A stretch of 58,000 nt of DNA, counting the filler, from Circinaria calcarea (Eukaryota): the NCBI GenBank assembly GCA_051942165.1. It is 7 parts of 7 records of this genome, joined end to end, with 100 filler letters (N's around TTAATTAATTAA, not from the genome) between each part and the next. Parts side by side here need not be neighbours in the genome. Positions count along the whole stretch, not along the records: positions 49,819 to 58,000 come from JAVECS010001159.1; 6 more parts are not named here. One strand, written 5' to 3'. Below, piece by piece: positions 49,819 through 58,000 of this stretch (the stretch's first letter is position 1; each line of letters opens with the position of its first letter). Under the pieces are notes generated by a model. That model saw nothing but the letters and a program-made list of their open reading frames with translations, did not search any database and was not told the DNA's origin. Made by a program: the position numbers and the translations under genes.

Positions 49819-50785
49819 GTCTTTTCTGTTTGGTTGGTCTGCTAAGAATATCAGTGCGCATCAGAAGTTGGCCGCATACCCACATCTATATTCCTTTAGC
49901 AGCACGAAGAGCGTGGTCCACTGGTTCCAGATTATCCGGAATAAGAGCTTCCAGATGTACGACGATGACGTTCAGGTGCCATTTGGTCTCGGTGCCAGTG
50001 ACCGATACTACAAAGTTGCCAAATTTCCCACCAGAAATATTAAAACACCCATTGTCCTCATGTACGGCGGGAGTGACAGCTTGGTGGACATTAAGATTAT
50101 GCTCAAAGAACTCCCACGCCATACTACTGCAAAAGAAGTCCCTCATTTCGAACACCTTGATTTCCTCTGGGCACAAGAGGTCGATACTCTTGTGTTTCCT
50201 CATGTCTTTAACGCATTGGAAGAATATGCAGGCAGAGACCACCTGAAAGAAAACATGATTTCTTATTCGAGTTCCCGAAACGGCCGATACGCTTTACCAC
50301 AACGATCCGACCTCTTCGAAGACGACCTCTCATCACCAAGTACAGATACCGACACCCTCGCTCGAAATACCATCCTCACTAATCGTGACACCCACGAAAA
50401 ATCCCTCACCCACAGACGCCATTTCTCCAGTCTCCCTTCCTCCTCCTCACCGTCGACCACTGCTACCACAACCACCACTCCCTCTCCAAAACACCTCTAC
50501 CAAGACACTAATGCCTCCACTTCCTCCCCAACCCTCACAACGCCTCAGCCCAAGTTCACAATTCCCCGCCGTCGTAGCGGTAGTCTCTCCAGTACAGGCG
50601 CGCGGAGTCAACGAAGTATTGATATTCCAGCTCCTGGCTCAGCAAACATTAGTACGAAGAGATTCAGTACCGGGGGAATTTGTATCGGGCCTGCGAGACC
50701 GACGGTGGAACTTGGCCATGTTGAGGGCAGTGGGAGTCGGAGTGGCAGTGTTAGCGGTGGGGGTAGCTCGACTGGAGGGAGATGA
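49819..50785 (+). CDS. TGL1: Tgl1/Yeh-like sterol esterase/lipase, 3' part
   Basis: FLFGWSAKNI...YPHLYSFSSTKSVVHWFQII...FQMYDD...GGSDSLVD...EHLDFLW (catalytic Asp and His). Confidence 0.85.
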
Positions 50786-51681
50786 GATGGTCATTCTGGA
50801 GCATGAAGATTCGGAAAATATAAATGGTGCCGGTCGATGTCTTTTTCTGGCTTGACTCGTTTGGGAGATCGCATGACTTGAGATTGCAAACAAGGTACCT
50901 ACCTACCTCGGGCGTTGGTGGCTTAACTTTGGGCTTGGGCTTTGGGTATGGCTGAGCTTGGGAGGTGGTATGGTGATTGCAAGTACAGTATAGTAAGGTG
51001 TTGGTGGCTTGGTTTTGAAATCTGCTTGGATGGCTGGGTTGGACTGGGATCTGATAGGAATTATGCAGATGCAGATGGTAATGTACATACGTGTGTGTCC
51101 CGTGGGATATGGTGATGAGGTGAGGGGAAGGGGGCAGATTGGGGAAATAGGTGGATGATAGGAATGTACAGAGGTATAGTGGAACTTTTAAATATCAGGT
51201 GTGGAACTGTATATGGTGCCAGCTTATGGGTAAGTGCATGTGTGAGGTCGATATGATGCGGTGGGAGAGTCTGTCGGGTTCGCTGGTTCAGAATCCAGTA
51301 GTCTCCGATGTGGATACTAGAAAAGACAGAAAAGGAGGAGATAACCGCGGAGGGTAGTAAGCAGATTAGCAAATGCAAGATGTGAAAAAATAACATAAGG
51401 AAGGCTACGATAGGATGTATGGTAGGGTGTATCATCTAGTAATTTACTAAAGAATCCCTATCTATCTTATCTATCTATTTAAAACGAAAACCTTCCCTTT
51501 TCTCCTATTGCCTCTCGGCCTAGGTAGCGCTCTAGTGAGTACTTGTATATAGTTATAGAGAACTATCCCTTCCCTTTCGCCCCTAAAGTGTGAAAAAGAC
51601 ACAGAAATCCGAGAGTTCTCGCTAAGAAAAAGGGGGTTTGCAAAATCGATGTAGATCACCCTCCCCTTTCCCTTCCCGCTT

Positions 51682-52190
51682 CTATTTCCCTCTCCCTTTC
51701 CCTCGCTGTCTCCATTTCCTCTCTTTTTCTACCTTTTTTGTTTGCCTCTTGCTCACTTTCCGAGCAGTGGATTCAATATCATACCCTTCTCTGGAATACA
51801 AGCTCGGATGAAAGGCATTCAGGCTCAGTTCGGCTACGATGGCCATGACGCCTTCTAGGCCGATGAGGGTACCTTGGTTCTGGATCAATTTACTATCCAG
51901 TGTTCGCCGAGTTCGGTGGTAGGGTAGACGGAGCGGATGGGGATGTAGATGGTTGTGAGGGAACAGGCAAAGAGGAAACCTTGAATGGACCAGCTGGCGC
52001 CGAGTTTGGCGTGCGTAGGATCGAGGGCTTGTTCGCGGCTAAGCGTTCTCATCCATCTGAACGTATGGAGCTGCGAAATCGAGCGAGAGATAGATAAACA
52101 GCAGAAGGGTGAGGATTTGAAACGCCAGACCCCGGGAATTTGTTTGATGGCTGGCTGTGGACGCGATGCCGCCGCCTCCCTGCTTGTGGT
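51682..52190 (-). pseudogene. RTA1/RSB1-family membrane protein, frameshifted 3' fragment
   Basis: GGGGIAS...GLAFQILTLLLFIYLSLDFA / ALDPTHAKL...IRSVY..ELGEHW / LIQNQGTLIGLEGVM...LNAFHP, spread across frameshifts. Confidence 0.8.
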
Positions 52191-53089
52191 TGCAAGGGAA
52201 ATAGCTGTTAGCGCGGTGTTTCTTTGTAACAGCTACAGCAAACCCAAGCCATGCTTTAAAATTATTAATTAAGGCCGGAAATGTATCGGAAGGCCTATTC
52301 AATAGCTTAAACTCTTTTAATAAAATTGTATGTGGTTGTTATTGAGTATATAAGTGGTATCGGAAACCGTACTAACAATTATTTCTGCTGTATTGACTCG
52401 GCCGATTTCATCCAATTGAAAGACCGAGCGCTCTACTCCGTAGCCTTAAGCATCCACCTTCCCGATTGGTCGCCGCTGTCTGACAGAGGAAGAGTTTAAC
52501 ATCAAGGTGCTCGAGCAACTCGGACGGCGTATATAGGACAAGCCTCCTGTCTCCAAGGGGAGAATTGCTACCGTTGAATAAGAAATCTCTTCGAAGTTGT
52601 GGCACGAATGGGGAGACCAGGTCCCTCTTAGTAATGTACTAGGATATACGATCTCTCCCTTCCACTGGCGGTATTCAACGAAAGTCCACGCCACAGAAAT
52701 GATTCGTGATTGGCAGCAGCGTGGCTTGCAAGTCTCGTGTGATTGGTTTATTCCGAGTCCTGGCTGAGGTGTGCAACTGCATGGCTGTGCAGCATTGGGA
52801 CAAGGCTGCGAGGATTTGCCGCCCCTCATCCCACCTCCAAGTACGGAGGTTCAACATCTTTCATCTTTATTGAGCACCATGGACTGCTGAAGCTGACTTC
52901 TGCCTTCGCCTTGAGTAGCATGGTTCCGATACTGTCTATCGTCAGCCTCCCACCGTTTCTATATCGATCGCTCGGACTCACCTCGTCTTCCTTCTGTCTG
53001 GTCCCGAAGCGTGTCTTGGCTTCGAGAGATAACTGCGGAGGCTTTCCAAACTAGGATGAGACGAAGAACTTGAGAGATTCCGATGCGAA

Positions 53090-56000
53090 ATGGCCGAAGT
53101 AGTTGCTGCCATCAGCCTGGCTGCTGCCATCCTGCAGTTCATAGACTTCGGTGGCAAAGCCATTGGTAGACTACGCGAATTCCAGTCAGAACTCGAAGAG
53201 GTTCCTAAAGCATTTCAAAATATTAGCAATATCCTACCCTTGTTGGTCGACGGCCTCAAAAAGGTCAAAGAACAAGTAGATGCTGGCCATCTTCCTGAGA
53301 GTACCAAAGAAGCTTTCCTACCTACCATCCAAGGGAGTCTCTCCCAGGTGGAGCAACTGAACAGCCTCCTGAAAAAGGTGTTGCCTGCCAAACATGACTC
53401 CTCGTGGAGACGTGGGAAGAAAGCAGTCGTCAGCCTTGGCCATGAACCTGACCTTGCACGAATCGAAACCGCCTTAAGAGAAAACTTTCAGATAATGGTG
53501 AATCTTCTAACCCTTTACAATGTCGGGACCTCGCATAGGATAGTGGCAACTGCCCCTAAACCTGTCTTCATGCTGCCCTTTGAGCGGGATGGCAAGTTTG
53601 TTGGTCGGCAGATAACTATTGAAGAGTTGCACGGGCGATTCAAGCAGCAGCGGCGAGTTGCACTCGCTGGATTAGGTGGTGTAGGGTAAGCTTCTCTGTT
53701 GGGAAGATTTCTTCTTGAATCCAGATGATAGCCGGTGTAAACTGATTTTTCTCAAAGGAAATCGCAGGTAGCCATCGAATACTGTTACCAATTCAGGGAT
53801 CAATTTCCAGAGGCTCATATCTTCTGGGTCTATGCTGGCACTGCTGCTAGGTTCGAGCAGGCCTACAAGGAAATGTCAAAAAAGCTTCTCATTCCTGGCT
53901 GGGAAGATGCGAAAGCTGATCACCTCCGCCTCGTTTCCGACTGGCTTAGTGAGGAAAACAACGGCCAATGGCATATGGTAGTGGATAACGCAGACGACAC
54001 TACTATATTCTTCCAATCAAGAACCCAAGAAACTCCTCCCGGAGCTCCGCCATCTAGGCCGCTGGCAGAATATATACCTAATAGTCCAATTGGATCTGTG
54101 TTGATTACTACAAGAGACGGGAGAGTAGGGCAGCGGTTGGCTAACAGGAACAAGCCTATTACGGTCTCTCAGATGACGCCTACAGAGGCTAAAGATCTGC
54201 TTCAATCTAAGGTTCCGGATGATGAGTTGTATGATCGTCCTGGCAGTCTGGACGATCTGTTCAACGAGCTGGCATTCCTACCGCTCGCGATTACACAAGC
54301 CGCAGCATTTATCTACGAGAACAACATCTCTATCTCAGAATATCTAGACATACTTCACGCTGGGGACCAAGACGTGAAGGAACTGCTAAGCGAGCACCTT
54401 GAGGACCCAAGACGGGACTGGGAAACCGAGAACTCTGTGATGCGGACGTGGAAACTATCCTTTGATCAGATAGTGAAAGAAAAACCACGTGCAGCAGATA
54501 TATTGTCACTTATGGCAGTCCTAGATCTACAAGGCGTTCCGAAGTCGCTTCTTCGTCATCAACAGCATGATAATACCGAAACTGGATTTACGACCGCAGT
54601 TGGTGCGTTGCAGGAGTTCTCTCTCATCAGTGTGGGAAGGGGAAAAGATGCTTCTTTTCAAATGCATAGACTCGTTCAACTATCTACGCAGAAATGGCTA
54701 GAGCTGCAGGGGAAGATTACTTACTGGCAAGCGGAGGCCCTGAGGATATTATCCCAAGAGTTCCCTACGCCCGACTTTGAAGTATGGCCCATATGCGAGG
54801 CTTTGACACCGCATGTTCAAATGGTGTTATCATACAAGTTTAACACGGAGATCGATTTGTTGAATCGTGCCAAACTCCTTGACTTCACATCTTATTATAA
54901 TCTAGAGATAGGAAAGTACGATGATGCATACAATAAAGGTATAAGAGCACTTGAAATACGTGAAAATCTATTGCAGGCCAATCACCCTCTTGTACTCCAA
55001 AGCGTTCATACGGTGGGATGTGTCTTAGAATATCAAAAAAATTCACCAGCGGCAAAGAAAATGTTACAAAGAGCAACAACAGGCCAGTTAGCGGTACTGG
55101 GATCAGAGAATCCAGACACCTTACAAAGTATGCTCCAATTGGCAGGCATTATGATAGAAATGGGTGATTTGGATGCAGCTGAAGAGTTATGTGAAAAAGT
55201 GTTGAAAGGAAGAGAGAAGCTACTGGGGTTAGATCATCCTGAGACCTTGGCCAGTGTCGATCTATTTGGAAGGCTGATGCAGAGAAAAGGAGATTTTGAG
55301 AAAGCAGAATCAATGTTGCAAAGAGCATTAAGAAGAAGAGAGCAGGTATCGGGTCCTGATCATCCGGACACATTATTCAGCATCCACGAGCTTGCTTTCT
55401 TATATAGTAAGCAGGGTAACCTTGATATAGCTATAGAAATGTACCGAAGAGTAGCAAAGACGGAAGAAAGAGTATTAGGACTTTGGCATCCACACAGAAT
55501 ACTAGCAGTTTGCAACCTCGCAAATTGCTTACGCAAAAAAGGCGACTTTGAAGCTGCAGAAGACCTATGCCGAGATAGCGTTTCGGGATGTGAAAAAGCT
55601 CTGGGAGCTGAGCACCCAACTACGTTGGCAAGCATCCAAGGGCTTGCCGATACCTTAAGCGAGAAAGGCGAATATCAAGAGGCCGAGAAGCTATTTGAAC
55701 AAGTCCTCAATGGGCGACAAAAGGTCTTAGGAGCAGAACACCTAAAAACTCTTTCAAGCCTTGATCACCTCGCATACTGCAAGAGCCGCCAAGGTGATTA
55801 TCAGGGGGCCGAAAAGCTCTATGAGCAAGCGTTTAATAGACAAGAAAAGGTCCTAGGAGCAGAACACCCACATACTCTTTTAGGCCTCCATCACCTCGCA
55901 TACTGCAAAAACCGCCAAGGTAACTATCAGGGGGCCGAAAAGCTCTATGAGCAAGCTCTCGCAGGGCTCCAGAAAGTTCTGGGAGCAGATCACTTGCACA

Positions 56001-57070
56001 GCTTGACAACTTTGCGAAACTTAGCTAGGACCATTCTGGACCAAGGCCCTGAGAGATACGAGGATGCGGAACAGCAGTACCGTCAAGCCGTCCTGATTCG
56101 TGAGAAATTGCAAGGTGAAGAACATCCTGATGTCCTTTTAGATTTGCATCTAATTGCCTTTGTGTTGTATAAACGAGGCGAACATCGAGCCGCCGAGGAT
56201 CTCGGTCGACATGTCTTGAGATTACGTGAAAAGGTACTAGGTCAGTTAGATGTGAATTCTATTCAGAGTGTCAACAATTTGGCATGGGCGATTCAAGAAC
56301 AAGGCAATGCAAGACTTGAAGAAGCGGAAGCGTTGCACAGACGTGCGTATACTGGATATAAGCAAGTGTTGGGACCTGAAAGTGAAGAAGCGCTAGATTC
56401 TTTGCGGTATTTAAGAGACACACTGGATCTTCAGCACAAATACGATGAATCAGAAGATATGCACAGGCTTTTAATTGGCATCAAGGAAAAGGCGTTGGGT
56501 CCTAAGCATCTAGAGGTACTTGAGGCGTATTCTCATTTAGCTTGGGTTTTGAGTCGGCAAGGCAGGTACCGAGAGTCCGGGGAGATATTCCGAAGAGTAG
56601 TCTTCGAGCAAGACATGATCTTAGGGCAGTTACATCCGGACACTCTGTTGGGTGTATCCAACTTAGCTTGCGTGATTCATTACCAGGGCTCCGAGAGGTA
56701 TGATGAAGCAGAGAAGCTCTACCGGCGTGCATTAGAGGGATATGAGCAGACTCTTGGCCCAAAGAGCGAAGAGGCCTTAGAGAACCTTGAAGACCTGATC
56801 ACTCTCTTGGAAGAAGTACAAGACCGATCCCAGGAGGTATCGGAATTGAGAGAGCGCCTTGAGAGATTACGACCAGAAACAGAGGATTTTGACGAAAGCT
56901 CGGATGAGACTGTTGAAGAATCTTTAAGCAAGATATCATTAGTGATTTTCCAACGAACTAAATCTCGGAACGACTTTCCCAGGCTTCGAAGGCGATTTTG
57001 CCATCCACATACTGTCAAAATATTTGCACGAGCAAGACCACGCAACAGCCGCTCCTATATCAAGCAATGA
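53090..57070 (+). CDS. Fungal NLR: SesA/HeLo-like N-terminal domain, NB-ARC and TPR array; exons 53090-53685 and 53758-57070 (about 1302 aa)
   Basis: MAEVVAAISLAAAILQFIDFG N-terminus; P-loop GLGGVG|KSQ split by an intron; Walker B MVVDNAD, LITTRD, LPLAITQAA and MHRLVQ; about 15 kinesin-light-chain-type 42-aa TPRs (LGxxHPxTL). Confidence 0.93.
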
Positions 57071-58000
57071 ACCTGATCTCGATTTTACACCTCCTGTGAA
57101 GCGCGCCGGGAATTTGCCACCACGCCATTCTAAGCCGTTTTGGATGCCAGAGCGGCTGAAGCAAGCGGAAACAGAGCCCGGAATCTAATAGAAGAGCAAT
57201 CAGACAATACACCTCCATTTGGCAGTCCCGGTAAGCTCACGAGACTTCTCAGCTACTTTCCTCGGCTGTTCCTCCGAGCCTCAACGAGGAACCAAGCATA
57301 TCAGATTCTCTAGCTACTTCAGCGACTAAGATTATTCCAGTACATGTCAAGGACGGCAGGTGGAGTTCTCAACCGAGACTGGTTTATGCGTTTAATCATG
57401 CTAGTCTTTCATTGGATTTCAGGCACGGTTTATCACGCCCGCTTCTCAACCAAAGGGATCAAGTATCATGAGTTCATCTTTCAAAAGAGAGTGCATTGTA
57501 CTTTTATCACGCCCGAGCAGGTTATAACCAGCTAGGCAATCCTTATACAGCCAATCTATCCTCCATCCAGCATTTTGCTGGTGTCTGCTCCCCCATCCAA
57601 TTACATTACCAAATATACATACAAGATCGCACCATCCAACCGCTACTTACAACTCCCAACATCCTTTTTCTCCTCCACCGCCTTCCACGTACATGACTTC
57701 GCCTCAACACTCGGATTCACCCAATTCTCCTGCTGCCGGAACATGGTAACATTCACATGCGGTGGCAGCGCATTCGACCCCGAGGGAGAGCGATTCTCTC
57801 TTTTCCCACGTCCCGCCTGATAATCCCTTTTCCCACGCCCTACCGCTAGCGGGCCTAAGCCCCTCTTCCCACCCACCTTCCCAGCGAGACTCGGCGCCTT
57901 ATAAAATGCCCTCCCGCCTTGCACCGGGTCCAATCCAACTCCGATACATATATCTTGCAGGACACTGAGGGCGGTTCTGATGGCATCCCAGGCGATGGAA

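Overview
Eukaryotic DNA from a filamentous ascomycete (Pezizomycotina): short GT-AG introns with CTRAC-type branch sites, and RIP-like CpA>TpA damage. The window is not one locus. It is seven separate contigs of about 8.2 kb, ordered by decreasing length and joined by artificial 100-bp N44-TTAATTAATTAA-N44 spacers, so gene neighbourhoods only count within a contig. Housekeeping genes, several cut by contig ends: RPL27, a cytochrome b561 protein, RPN6, peflin, eIF3g, LAMMER kinase, YSH1, TAF4 and a TGL1-like lipase. Accessory genes: a SAM methyltransferase with an orphan P450 exon, a tannase with an inverted dead copy, a DnaJ/Zn-finger protein and a SesA-NB-ARC-TPR NLR. Pseudogenes: PTH11-like, RTA1 and an amino-acid permease. 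Small mobile elements: three very short related LTRs and a hAT-type MITE with an 8-bp TSD. The most unusual items are (1) a secreted protein with four chaplin-like two-Cys repeats, (2) an accessory contig with an HD-phosphohydrolase/NMP-kinase fusion between a WOPR (Gti1/Pac2) protein lacking its key arginines and a Zn2Cys6 factor, and (3) a head-to-head pair of paralogous small secreted Cys-rich genes whose ATGs are 79 bp apart. Exon structures were read by eye and family names come from recognised motifs; no database search was run.
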